DNA from: Lepidodermella squamata
Lineage: Eukaryota; Animalia; Gastrotricha
NCBI GenBank assembly: GCA_047495785.1
Contig: JBLDXI010000002.1
Span: 2,728,001-2,792,000 of the forward strand
Direction of reading: 5' to 3'
Length of the DNA: 64,000 nucleotides
A model generated the notes under the pieces. The model was not told the DNA's origin. It saw only the letters and a list, made by a program, of their open reading frames with translations, and did no database searches. Of this stretch, positions 12,201 to 26,269 are shown one piece after another (the first letter of the stretch is position 1; every line of letters starts with the position of its first letter). The position numbers and the translations under genes were made by a program.

Positions 12201-15200
12201 CGAGCCGTACTGCGGCGACACCCGCGTCGGGGGTCGACCCACGATAACAGCACCGGATACGAAGTTCGGCTTATTCAGCTAAATTAGAGAAAAATTAAAA
12301 AAATTACTTTTTCGTCAAATAAAATTCCTCCTTAAAATAATAATTGCAATTAATCCGAAAAAATCTGAGTTTCAATGGCAGGTACATCCAAGGATGAAAT
12401 CAGCGGATCAAATTTGACTTCAGCTAAATCCAGTTATTCAAACAGAACAGAAAAAAATGAAAAATACAGAAAAAATTATTTTTTCGTCAATTAAAATAAA
12501 AATTCCTCCTTAAAATAATTTTGCTCGTAAAACTGGCAAAAAATCTGCATTTTAGCGGCAGGTTCGATCCTTAGGATAAAATCAGCAGATCAAAATGGAG
12601 TCCAGCTAAATCCAGTTAATACTGGTCCAATCAAACAAAATCTTGTTTGAACATCTTGCTGTCACTTCTTAAAGCCTTTGATATCTTGCAAACAGACAAG
12701 TTAAGTCAGGCATATGGTTCAGCAGCTTTCATAAAATTGCAGATGCGCTGATGCAGTTATTCCATTACACTGCACTTCACTTGAAAGATAGCGCGGAGTG
12801 TAAAATGTAACCATGGTACCAGAAGAATTCGCGGTGCTATCTTTATGGCCGCAAAGTAATCAACGTGTAGGTGTTGAAACCGCTTTATTTATCTACACGC
12901 ATAAACATTAATTGCTTTGACCTAAAACACCTAATAAATAACAGCCAGCTGGCTAATACCTACTGAAAAAAAGCCAATGCACTGGATGTCACAAAATTGT
13001 TACATCGTCGCAAAGTAAATACTTATCCCTATATGTGGAGAAAAATGAACGCAGTTTGCTTACCGAAGTAGTCGAAGAAGCGGTTTGAGGTCTGATGATT
13101 GTCGCTTGGCTCGGGGTAGTTTTGTCCGGCAGCCTTCGCACAGGCAAGCAACGCGCGTAGTTGCCAAACGAAGCCGACGGCTGTAACCGCGAGCAAGTGT
13201 CGTGGTTTTCATGTGAAGACAGGGGGTAGGCATTCGTAGACACTGGCTGCGTCTGCGTCGGCGACACCCAAGACACGCAGCGAGCCGGCTGAACGACGGC
13301 CTCTGCCTTGGGCGACCACGCCGGTTTGTTGACAACATACCGGCCGTCGTGCTCGTCGTCAAGGCGAGATGGGAAGCTTTCCGTGATTGTTGTAGTCGCG
13401 ATGTTATTATTCGCTTTACCAGCTCGACTTAGGTGGTAAAGTTGGCCATTGCTGTTAGTCGACGGCATTAGCAGATTCGCCGAGCCATTCAGCTGGTCGC
13501 AAGACGCGAATTGGTGTAAATTAATCGGCCTATGCTGGGCCGGGTAGTGGTGATGGTGATTAATTTGATGGTGGCTGTTATCACAATCGAGCGGGTTCTC
13601 TACCGCGAACGTCGTCGATGAGTTGTGTTGTTGCGAGGTAGCTGGCCAGGCGCCGACGTAAGGCGACGATTTCGACGCCACAGCGGCCGGTATGTTGGCG
13701 ATTGACGCAGAAATGCGATGGTGGCCATAATTCGCCGGCTCGTAGCCTTGATGCCTGACTTGCAGGGTCGGCTCAGGCGACGTTACCACGGCATCGAACT
13801 GGCGAGGAACCGGATGGCTGTTGTTGTTATGATGGTTATTGTTGTTGTTATTATTAGACGACGGCGGCGAAAGACCCGAGGGACGAGGTGCTCGGCCGAG
13901 GCTGTAAAATAAACAATAAAATTAAAGAGCAACGTAAAAAAAAACAGCAATAAATAATAAATTAACAACCGATAATGAGTAGCAATTTTTGTTGTTTAGC
14001 TGTATCGGCAGATTCGCAAAGTATCTCCTAATCTATCTCCAAACAAATAGGTATTGCCTGGGCCATCATCGCTGGTGTCGTCGACACGGTTCATGCCAGC
14101 AGTATCTACTATGCATAATCATGATATCATAGCAATGGATGACGCATTGAATTTTTAGCAGCAGCAGCAGTATAGGTGCGAGCTCGAGTATTATAAGTGG
14201 GTTGGTATAGTTTGTTCTTCACTACACCAACAGCACAACAGCAGTCGATGCGGTGGCGGCGGCAGCAGCAGTACTCTACTAGCAAGCTTTTTCAGCTGAA
14301 GCAGCGCGCGTATTTAATAAATGCATGACGAGTTTGCATTTTACAACTCATCATCGCCATAATCATCATTCATGAAGTGAGCAGCTCTGGCTTTTCAAGC
14401 AGCAGCGATCTGCTGTACCGACGGCGAAGAATTATTCTTACCTTCTCCTGTTATCAGGTGTTGACGCTCGGATCATAAGCTCAGCAGCAGCAACAGCAGT
14501 GAAATAATTATCGCCAGGGCGGCGTAAAAAATGACATCAAAAAATAAACATTAGCTGGCGCTGATAACGATCTAGCCAGGTGTGCCGGTCGTAAAAAAAT
14601 AAAAGTAACGACGAATTGACCGCAGAGCTATAAAAAAAATGGCTAAAATGAGCGAGAAAAAAAGCGGCGGCCAGCATCTGCAGGTCAGATAAGGGCAAAC
14701 ACTAGGTTGGAGTAACGTTTTATCGACAGGTGGCCAAGTGTCAAATTTCGTTATTATAGTAAACGACTTTGTCGAGTAATAAAGTGAAGTGGAGAGAGTA
14801 TACGGTAATGGTGATAAAATTTCGGCGTGTGATATGAAAAACAAGCCAGAGAAAATGGGTAGGCGGTACAATGTGAGGTGGAAGTGACTTCCTGGCGGCA
14901 GGCACGCGGCACGCCCAAATGGCCAGCGGCAGCAGCAGATAAAGTGGCCAATAATAAGAAAGGTAATATCATCTCTCAGCGCAATATCAAGCCGCTGGTG
15001 TCTGTGTCTCTCTCGTTCGCCCTCTAGCAGCTCTGGCGGGTCGAGGCGAGACGAGACGTAGCGAAGGATGATAGATAGCCGGCAAGCAAATAGACCGGAC
15101 AATAAACCGGCAGACGAGCACACGCGGCCCAGCACACGCGCAAATAGTATCAGAGGCATTTCGGCGCGCATTTGGACACGCGTCTTCGGCGTGCGAATGT

Positions 15201-18200
15201 GAGCAGCTCCGGTTGTTCCATAAACAGACGGGCTGTTTTTAGAAAACCATCGTCGTCAAGACAAGTGAAGACGACACGACGAGTGGCGAGCAAACACGCC
15301 CGTCAGCAGTAGCAGCAGCAGCAGCAGCAGATATCCTACCTACCCGTTGTTGTTTGATGGCGTCCATCCGCGCGCGCGGATTATACCAGCAATCAACACA
15401 CGCACACGCGCGCAGTGGCAAGCAACTCCTCAAATGCTGCTGGCTGGCGTAAACAAACGGCGCGCGCGTAAAAAAGAAATGAGACGCCAAAAACAGATTA
15501 CTCTCCTAAACAAAACACTGGAAACGTTTGCCAAGGACAAACGCGCGCAGTCATGATATACCTATATCCTAAACCAACCACTCCACATCCATCGGAACAA
15601 AGGGCGAAAATCAATGCGCCAGTTCAAACACGCGACTCACCTGAAACTGAACGACGACACCAGCGCCTTTTTGACCTTCGGCTGTTGTTGTTGTTGCTGG
15701 TGTTGATGATGTACTTCGGCCTCGTAATTCATGTCGTAGTGTTGAGGTGGTGACATTGCCGGTTGATTTTGCTGCTGTTGTTGATTTTGATTCGAATGCG
15801 AATTATTGTTGTGGCGTTCACTGTTGCGGCGGGGCAGACTGTCCTGCAGTTTACGCACCAACGTCGACAGCATGACTTCCGAGCGGCGCGCGGGGCAGTT
15901 GCGTTGAAGAGTGGACACCGATGCCGCTAATAGGTTGTTCGGCAGCGATGCGGCCGATGAAGAGCTTCCGGTGTCGGAGGCTATCGACTCGAGCGATTCC
16001 GGTCGGCTTAACGGTGGGGGCTTAACTACGGCTACGGATGACAGCTTGTTCGGTACCGACGACGACGTACCGATATTCTCGTCATTACTCTGCAGAGGCG
16101 AGTTGGTTAAATTTTTCCATGTTCTAAAAACAACAACAACAACAAGAAAATGATTTTAGCTGTTCTCAAAATAACAACACTACTCGGGACGTGAAAAACA
16201 ACAATCGATTTGCCTGGGATAATGATGGGAAAAAACGAGTAGTGAAAATAATGAGATTTCGGCTAAGAGAAAAATAATCGGCGGCTCAAGGTGATTATTA
16301 ATTTTGTTGTTTGCAATAATTGCGCAGTAATACTGCGATAGGTTTAGACTACGATGTGTGTTATTCAAGTAGGCAGCACCGGCGATGATGTTGGTGATGC
16401 TGTGGCGCGGCGGGCGGGCGCTGCCGAGCACAAAGCGCGCAATAAACAACAAACAACAACAAAACAGTAGAGCGATGATGAAGCCCGCATGTGCGCTTAG
16501 CGAAGAGTCGTTCTTTCCGGCCAGTTGAGTAATCGACCGGTTTTTCGCGAGGCTGCGCGGCGCAAAAAGACGCGGTGCGAAGTTGTTTTCTGCGTTTTCA
16601 TCGACGACGGCGGTGCGTTTCAGCAGTAGCGGCGTTTCACGCAGTGGGAGTAGTGAATGCCGGCCGCTCATCGACGACGCCTAAAACTTTCGAGTAGTAA
16701 AACGAGATTTGACGACGCCACAGCGGCCAAATTTTAACGAGGAGCATTTAAATTACTTGAAGCATCGCGCTTTTCGAGATTTTATCGCAGCGCGCACCTG
16801 TCACAAAAACCAACTCTCTCTCTCTAAAAGAGTAAAAGTAGTAGTAGCAGCACTTTTCGTAGGCTTGTTTTCACAGATAAGCTTTAATAGCCGGCTAATT
16901 TATTTCGACGAAAAGAAAAACGCCAAATCGGCGGCGGCGGTGGCTATTGATGAGAGCTGCTGTTGCTGAGAAAAGTGACGCCGAACACTCACAGATACCT
17001 ATACTAAGTGAAATAGTACAAGAAAAAAGCCAAGCGTGCGCGGACGACGAGTGCAGCGCGGAAGACGCCGCAGCGGATTTCGGGGAACCGTGTTACAGCA
17101 AGATATACGCTAGCTTGTTAGCAGCTTCTTGGCGGCTAAAGACGCGCAGATTATGCCGCGCTACGTTGTTATTGGTGGTGGTGTTGCTTTAACAGCTTTC
17201 GGTGCGACGCGAAGTCTCGAGGCAGAAACGCCGCAGGCTCGAAGCGTCGACGAAGCCATGAAAGCCTGAAGGCAGGCTCGACAGGCGACTGACTGAGTGA
17301 CAGCGCGGCGAAATCGGCCATTAACCAGCCTTTAAGGACGGCGAGAAAACAAACAGCAGTGTGACGGCGGCGACACGAGACTTCCCGCCGCCGTCGTCGT
17401 CGTCGCTGATGTGCAAAAAATTAGCGCGAGCGCGAGCCGTGCGAAAACAACGGTTAATTATTTTCGAAAGAAAACGAGACTAAAAAGCGAGAGAGAGAGA
17501 GAGAGAGCCGCTGACAACAAAGGCCCACACACGTGTGTTTCACCCAACTCACGCGGCTCTTGTGCACGTTCAGACACGGTGTGACAGCTACTAAATTTAG
17601 CAATGAAATTTGAGCTGAATCGGCGCGCCAAATGACGGACAGAGAGAGAGAGGAGCAGAAAGCAATGATTTCATCGTCTCGCTTTTATGCAAACAAATAA
17701 CGAATTTAGAAAGTTAGAGCTGGGGTCGCACGGCCCGGCACAACAACAACGTTGCTTTTTTGATAACACGACGTTGCGTGGCCACCTGTGTCCACCTCGC
17801 ACTTCACGTGCTGCGCGACTAGCGGCCGCGCAAGTGGCCAGCGCGAAACAGAGAAAAACATAGAGACGGTCAGTTGCGATAAATAATGAAAACATTGGAG
17901 GATGAATCTCGCAATCGCGAGCAAGCGCTATCTCCTATACAGATGATGATGGCGATGATGATGACCAGGGTGCAGTCGAGTGCAACCGGCAAAACTCTTC
18001 ATGTATCAAAATACGTACATGGTGTAACCGCACAAACTCGCGTGTTGACGCGCGTGTTCTTGATATTAGTAGCGTTATTTCCTACACCAACTAGCAGCCA
18101 TCATTATACCTCAAGAAGCAACAAAGTTGAGCGCACACGGAATTTTCCGAGCCGCAAACAATCGACATGCATTAACGCCGTCGCTGCAACAGTTTTTGTC

Positions 18201-20989
18201 TTTGTGTTTTTGAGACGGCGATTAATACTACAAACAAACTGCGCTCATGCCTACCCCTTTGAAAGAGCAGCTACAGTGGCTGCATTATTCAACAAGAAGC
18301 GTCTTCTCTGCATGAAGGGCGCGTCGCATGTACGCGATATTGGCAACCATTTATTTATAAGAGTATATAGGTAGTGGCTAGTGCAGAGTGATTAATAAAT
18401 AAATCACGCCGCTGATTTAATGGGAGATGAGTGAGCGAGTGTGCGAAAAAATCAAAGGGAGCGGAAAAGCCAGTGCATTTTTCGTGATTAAAAAATTGCC
18501 TCATTAAATTTCATCATCAGCAGCAGCACCCGAGACGGTGAAATAAGATGGATGAATATATCTCGCCGCCGGTCGGGCAAACAGGCTAGCTGCTCGAGGA
18601 ATAAATTTGTTATTGCCATAAAAACCGGCGGCAGCGACCGCAAATGTAATCACTTTAGCCAGTCCTCTGCAATAAAAATTGTAATACCTAACAACGTAAA
18701 TTAATTGCGAGACATGTAGGTACGAGTGACCACGCGAATAAACGACGTCGATTTGGTCATTCACGCAATTGCAAAAATCTCGAAAACAAATCGCATGCGA
18801 TTATGATCGGTGGCAGGAGTGCATGGTAAATAAGTGACTAGCATAGCAAATATCTAGCTGACGGAAAATGGAATATATTCCGAGTGCGCTCAAATATTGT
18901 CGTTTCCGTTTGAAGTTCAGCGTGGTCGAGGAGTAAACAAGAGCTATGAGATCCGAAGCATATGTAAGGACCACCCAAGTTTTTTCGAATTTAAGTGGAA
19001 AAAATCGAGAGGTATTGAGATAACATTAATTATGAGAAGCGATAAGCCGCCAATCTGTTGATTTTTTCCCAGCAGCTTAATTGTTTTGTCGGTTGAGAAA
19101 ACACGAGAGGGGGCGCGCCGGGGGAGCGGCGAAAACGCTTCGTGTTTCTTGTTATTATTGTTATTGCTGCTTGAGCAGAAGTCGAGATGAAGCAAAACAA
19201 AACTTCGCGCCGAGAAACAAAGCGTCACGGGAGGAAGAAACAAACGCCGCCGCGACCGCCGATCAAGACTACTACTACGCCGGCCCGTGAGTTTGTTGTA
19301 AGGTGACACACACGAAACTCTGATTAAGCAATTAGCGAAAAACCAGGCGTCGCGCTAACAAGACGCCATTATTAAACTTGGCAAAATACTCGGCGACGCC
19401 GTGCGGATGAGATGAAAATAATGCGGCGAGGCGAGGCGCAAACAAGCCGCGTGTTTACAAATCGATCGTCAAATAATAACACAACTTCGCGCAGAGTCGA
19501 CACGGCGGGAAGAGAAAAGGAAAGGGAAAATTCGGCGAATTTTAATTCTTCCGCTAAATCGTTTGGTCCCGCGCACAATCTGCCGCTTGGCACATGTTCG
19601 ACACGCCTGCTCCGATGGCGGCGGCTTCATTTTGAAACAACGTGTCGGGCAAACATCGTCATCATCATCACAGCCCGCCGAGAATGTGACCTCACGAATC
19701 GGCGGCGCCACCGGCACGAGAGAGCCATTTTGACGTTGTTAATGATCGGCTGATGATGATGATGATGGTCAAATGTTGACCACGTAGTGACCTCGCCTCG
19801 GTCGCGTCGTTCGCCGTACATACCTCGCACACGGACTTCCCATCGTCTGTCGCCGGCAATAAAAACGAACCCATATCACGCGAAGAGAAGGGACCGACAT
19901 ATGTTTGCTTGCCGAAACCTGCTGCTTGTTACATCGCAGGGACGAAGTTAGGCGGGCGAAACCTGAGCAAGCAGCGGCTTAATGATGCGTATATTCAAGG
20001 CTCATTTGTCGACGGAATTTTGTTTGTTTTACAACGCGAGGCGAAAGACGATCAAAACAAGTCAAGAAAATACGGCAGCAGCAGAAAAAGTGGTGGTGGC
20101 GGCCGCCGGTCAGTAAGTAATTAATTGAGGCCAGACGGCCTAAGTAATAAAATTACGCGCGCTATATCATCTATCTGTCGGGCAAGAAACGGCGATAACA
20201 CGTCGAGAACGCAAACAACTCGGGCTTTTATGAGGTTTTGACGGGGCATCCATCGATGTGGTAATAATAAATGAATGTTTATCGTAATCGCGTCTAATAG
20301 GCCAATCATATCGCCAAAACAAAAGTCTTACCGACGCCGGCGAAGCAGTTGCAGGGTCAGGTGGTGACCAGGCGGCGTTGCTCGAATCAGCTCGAGGGTT
20401 AACGCGTGCGAATCGCTAGTGGCGGTCGAACCGACTCCAACTATGCGATCGCCCTCGTGCAGCAGGCCAGATTTCGCCGCAACAGAATCAGGTTGAATCT
20501 ATAGTAAAAATTATTTTAACACAACAGTAATTACGTTAGCGCAACTCAAGAATTTCAGTGGAACAAAAGTGTGACTGAGAAGTGACTAACGTAAGCTATG
20601 CAGAGAGTACATCCGAACTCGACGCCGCCCTCGAAAACAAAGCCCCACGGTGGGCCCCCAGAAAGGGTAACCTCGTCGACGAAAGACGTTTCGTAGCTGC
20701 CGTCTTTCTTCGTCATCATTGCGCTGCCGGTCAGCATCTCCGGCAATGTATCGGCATTGTCGTTGCCTTCACTGCCGCCGATGTTCTCGTCGTTGCTCGG
20801 CTGCCTGTTGTTATTATTATCACCGTGTTCCGCTGTTGTAAAATGCGTTTTATCGTGCTGCTGTTGCTGCGGTAGAGGCTCTGCTTCTTCAGAGTCCTCT
20901 TCCTCGGTTTCCTCGACAAGCGCCTCCATCTTGCCGGTTGCGCCTGTACGCTGCTGCTGAGCCGCCGTAACCGACGCTGGTGGTAACAT
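9205..20989 (-). CDS. SHROOM: Shroom-family protein (N-terminal PDZ, long low-complexity middle, C-terminal ASD2/SD2-like coiled coil); exons 20989-20591, 20498-20332, 16123-15641, 13901-13064, 12278-11527, 11387-11322, 10933-10360, 9951-9205
   Basis: Shroom-type PDZ (EVTLSGGPPWGFVFEGGVEFG...IAY|IQPDSVAAKSGLLHEGDRIVGV). C-terminal helical region (LGRKLAALQAEQ...LLAVRVASRAARL...IAQQQSDVFSQL) resembles ASD2. All junctions are GT-AG and phase-compatible. The start codon is uncertain. Confidence 0.75.
12298..12620. repeat. Diverged ~180-bp tandem duplication in a Shroom intron
   Basis: Shared blocks ttttcgtcaa, ttcctccttaaaataa (12325/12503), ggcaggt, aaatcagc.gatcaaa and cagctaaatccagtta (12421/12603). 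Confidence 0.8.
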
Positions 20990-23900
20990 GCTGGCACCCG
21001 GTGCCGAACAATAGTCGAGAGCACAATGGCCAGCAGTGGCTATCAAGTGGCCAGTGTAATGTTATCCCGGCTCGGGATTAATTCTCGAGTATGGGCAACA
21101 CTGTATAAAATTCCTATAAACGGAAAACAAACATTAAAAACTATTAATAGCAGCGCAATTTGTCACCACAATGTAATTTGTACGCTCCAAAAACGTCTTT
21201 ATCTTTTATCAAGCAACCCAAGGTCCAGCAAAAGCTACGCTGATGAAAAGGATTTCCTAGGCAATTGTAATTTTAAAACTACTAAAGAAGCCCACTATAA
21301 ATACTCAAAAAGATTCGATTCGTACTAAACTTTATTCTGGTTAAAAAATCTACCTTAATTCGGTTGCTAATATATTTTTAGATTTAAATCTTGAGCAATA
21401 GAACTCTAAATTCCTTGATGACTGCGACCTTGATAACAGTCGAAAAACGTTAGCAAATTATTTGTAATTATCAGGTGAGATCGATAGTCCTATCATAATA
21501 CTAAAATTAGGATTTGCAAGGCGGCAACAAATTACCTAAAAGTATTCATCCAAATTAATAGAGAGATAATTGAATCATTCAAGATCGGTAAGAGTTGGCG
21601 AGTCTTCCTAATTTCCGCAAAAATCCACTAATTATTGCATATAACATTCTGACAAAATTATTGTAAAATCTATAAAAATTGTCAGTAACAAAATTTCCTA
21701 CAGGTTTGTGATCGAAAGAATGCAGAAAACCTCGAGCTTTACAAAATTTGAATGGGTCATCATGGTGGGCCAATTTTTCTACCAGGCAGCTCTTAGGCAT
21801 GGCTAATGCCAGGTAAAAGTTGGCTCTTATCGGATCGTCAAGTGCTGCGCACAAAAAATGTAAAATTGCATTTTTTCTTAGAAAATTTCAGGCTAATTTT
21901 GAACCAAGGAGGCAACCATCAATCAGCTTTTAAACTGAAAAAAATCTCCGAAAAATGTGCGTTTCGATGGGATTCGTAAGTCTTATGCTCACAAAAAGAC
22001 TTTCTAGGTCACTTTCATCCGGAAAAATCTACGAAATGTTTTCGCTGATCTCTTCTAAGATCAGAACATTTTCGCCTCGCTTTAATTTGACGTAAATAAT
22101 AACCTATAAACCTAGAAAATAACAATCAGCCAACTGAGATCCGATGATTGCAGAATGGCTGAATCAATTCGGGATGAATAAGCAAGTGGCTTGGAAGATC
22201 CATGCTGTTCGTGGATTCATTGTTGAAATGGAAACAACAATTAAAGCGAAGCGATTTGTCATCGACGGTGCGCGAGGCTTGAACGTGATGCGATTGAATG
22301 CCTGCCGGCGGGCGATAGACGCGCCAGGCAGCCGGGCGTCAAACGTCGTAGCGCACGCGCCGGACGCCAGGCCGCCGATTAAGGCGGCTGCGTGCTCGTG
22401 CTAATTATGCGGCGATTGAATGCGAATTTGATAACATTAGTACAAACCCGCCGTCGTCGTTGTCGTCGCTCTGCGAACACAACTGCAGCGACTGACTGCT
22501 GACGACTGACTGACAGGCAGGGAGACAACGCAGTGCGACAACAAACACACCGGCGCGAGCAGTTGATGCCGCGCGGGTCGTGGGACACAAGACGCCGACG
22601 CGGCGGAGTATGGGTAGTCCAAAAGAACAATTTGAGGGCGAAAAATCAACACGGTGCTCGCGCAGTCCGTGTTTAAAATAAACGCTGCTGGCGCTGTGGG
22701 AGTCGCAAACACAAAAAGTGGCTTGTTTGTTGCGGTGCCAGCAGCCCAGCTTCTTGACGCCAGAGAACGGCCCAAATCGAGAACATGCAAACACTACGCC
22801 GCGCCACAACAAAGCTCCTAAAAAATTCACTGATGATGACGGAGTGTAAATCGCCATCTATAAACGGTGCGATAAACAATAACAACTAATAAGCCGGAAA
22901 TTGCGATGCATTATACTGAAGTAATGAAGCCGCCAAAGATGTTATTTCGCAAATCGATGTAATTAGGCGACGTTAATGGCCACATTAAGTTCATCGCCGC
23001 TGCAAAGGTGTGTGTGGTGCCGTTGTTTTTCGCCGCCTTGTGATATGACACCTGAGCATAGTAGGGATCTAGAAAGCCCGTATGTGTTGCCTTTGTATAC
23101 AACTGGAGTGGCAAGTGTTTGCTCAAGGCAGAGCGAGCACGTAATCACTTTTGGCGGCTCGGGCAGCTGCTGCTGCAGCGGGCGGTTATATTGAAGGTGC
23201 GGCTGTTTACGGCGGCAGATGTCGCACGGGCGGAAGACGTCGCGAGCAATTTGCCTCCTTAAAAGCATAAAGCGGCAATTTTTAAGACATGTAAAATTGG
23301 CCGCTAATAGCTGCTCGTCACTGCACTTCAGTCGCCTTGTTTTCGAGGTATATAATGATGCGAAAAACAGGCCCCCGACGACGAGGAGTAGTATCTTGCC
23401 TGAGTGCGTCGTTTTAAGGTTGCGCGCTCAGGGTCAGCGCAAATCCGCGTCGCTCGAGATAATCAGCGTAGATATGTCGCGATTTCTCGAGAGATGTGGC
23501 GATAACGACGCGTGTGCTCGATGACCTTCCGGGCGTTACGACACTTTGGCGAGATACCAGCGGTTGTTTAATTGCCAAGGATACTGTTACACGGTGCAAA
23601 CACTCGGCGTGAGGTAATGAAGCTGCTTAGGTACTCGCGGATGATGCGCCAAAAGTCACCCTCTCGCGGGAAAACACTAAGCCTGTCCACGTGTTAGTTA
23701 TTTACTGTAGAGTAGGCACTCAACACTGGTGCTATATTAGAGGAATTCAACAAAATTATTAAGCTGTTATCATCTCGCGCTACAGATGTTTAGGTGAGAA
23801 GAGCGTAGCAAAGCGCCAGCTCAAGTGTTTGCTAGTACAACTGAGGACGATCTATCTGGGGTCATGTTGATTCAATATGTAAACTAGTTATCGCAATTTC

Positions 23901-26269
23901 AACTGTTTCAATATTCTCGAGGAAAGAAAGAAAGGCAATTAAGCAGAACAACTTATAGCGGAACCAAATGTCAAAACTTTGAATAAAACGCAAAATTATA
24001 AAAGGTGCCATTTTCGAATATATTTTGGACTTTTTGAAAGCGAGGACTAGTCCTTAAATAATAGTAAATCTCGGAGAATTTAAAAGCAATTTATTCAATT
24101 TTTTTAATCACCGTGAAAGTTCATATAATTTATAAAAGGCTGTTTTGGGCAAATAATTTTATAAAATTTGGGTCCGCTAAAATCAAGACCCCTATTTTAG
24201 GTATAAATAATAGATCAATTAGGTATATGAAGAAAAACCATGCAAAAGCGATCCATTTCAATATTCCACCTTAATTAATTTATATTTCCAATAGAATATA
24301 AAAAAGTTTTCTATAACAGCCTTGGCTCCGAATCTTTCACTACGTGGAAACCGGAACTATGCAATTAGTTTAGAATAAAAATACAATTAATAATACAAAT
24401 ATTCTATGACTCGATAGATAACTGATACGTCACGTTTCAAGAGAAAATTCCTGAGAAAGGAAAAAAATTAGTTCTCACACGGTTCCAACTAAATGAAGTG
24501 ACATGGAAACTGTCAAGCTATGCGAAAAACCGCGTTGACGTAAATACGTCAAAATTTGATAATCAGATGAGAGGCACACTTTTCGCCTCAAGGAAAACTA
24601 TGCTGGTGTCTTAAAACAGACACAAATTTTCAAGGTTGATGAGCTGAAATGATAATAATAATAATAATAATGTAGCAGCGGCCTGAAGAATAGGAGATGG
24701 AGATAATGCAGACTGAAGAGCAACGCAGCCATGTGAACTGTTTTTGAAAGTGACACCACCTTAATAGCAGTCATCACCGTGAGACGAGAAAAAAACGCGG
24801 TTATTATAATAACTATCATTATGAGCTTGAGGTTAGTAAAATTTAAGGTGGCTTTTTGTGGCGACATGAATGCAAATTAAACCGCGCGCGATTGCGTGTC
24901 CGTCTTCGCGCAGGAGCAGGCATTCGAGCAAGAAGCAGGATTAATACGCGGCCATTACGGCTGCTGCGTCGACAAAGTCTGTTGAACCCATAAAATGGTG
25001 TAATCGCTTTCATTTAAATGCAGCAGAATAAGACGTTCTTTGGGCAGCTCGCGCGGGCCAGTACTCTGGCAACAGAACGATGAGGACGACAAGCAGCATA
25101 TAGGTACACCTTTTCGAGCATGAATTATTATTATTATGCACAAGGCCGTGTGCCGTTAGGCAATTTTGCGCAATCGCCGCTGCGAACCGAACATGTACGT
25201 ATGCGGCGTGTAATTTCAATACGAACGCGTACGAAAGACAGCCAGCTCGACCATCTTTTGCTTCACACTTCCCGAACAGCGACGGCGACGCGCATCAGCA
25301 ATCGACGCGCGCGCGGGCCAAATTGCTATAATAGATAATAGATAATTAAACGCGAAATGATGATGCGATGCCGATAAGGGCCTCGTTTTTATTACGAGCC
25401 CGCGTTACATAAAATATAATAATTATTGTGAAACGCTATTTTCACGTGATTAGTGGGCAACTAATTAAAATTCGTCGCAACTGCTTCTGCCGATTTGGCC
25501 AGGTGAAATCGCGTCACTGCTAAATATCGAAAAAATACGCAGCACAAAAATAGCTGAATGAAAAATTTTCGAACATTTTAGCGAGATAACACTTATTCCG
25601 TATATTGCAGCTTTGAAAGCAGGAACATTCAAAAAGATCTTCACCGTAGCTAATAATGGGCAAGTAGTTGTTTTCCGCATTGTAATTCCATGTGAGCAGA
25701 GAATATCTCGTTTGCATAAGTTGTTTTGGCGGAAGAGGCGCCGCCTTAATGGACTCGCTGCCCGACTACGAGTCAGTGTCACGCGAGGAAAATGGCCACA
25801 ATCGCAGGTTATACAATTTTCCCTAACGAAAACAAGGCAAAAACGTACGAATTCGTTCTTTTTTATTACAAGCTCGCAAATTAAAAAATTCTTCAATGTT
25901 TTAATATCTGAATTATATATTACTATCAAGATATTTCACTTGTGTACCAATCATTATTAATCGAATGATGCCGATTGATTCTTTGATCATGTTTAGCACA
26001 GACGACTGCCGAAACGAAAAAGAAGTGAAAAATAGCTTCATCGATTATTCACATCATAAAATAGCAATTGAAGTATATGGTTATCGCACAAAGATATCTC
26101 GGAATAAAATTATTACAATTATTGAACGCATTTCTAGTCACTTTCGCGGATCACAGGCCGCTTTCACATTTCATGCTAAAAAAACGGCATTTTGCACGGC
26201 GCGAGAAGGTAATGATAGACGAAGCCACGGCAGATGCAGAGATCCACCTCAAAAACACAAATGACATGA

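Noticed and set aside
13902-25960. Numerous 60-200 aa ORFs in Shroom introns and the upstream region
   Set aside because: Low-complexity, often non-ATG starts, with no motifs or coherent splice structure.
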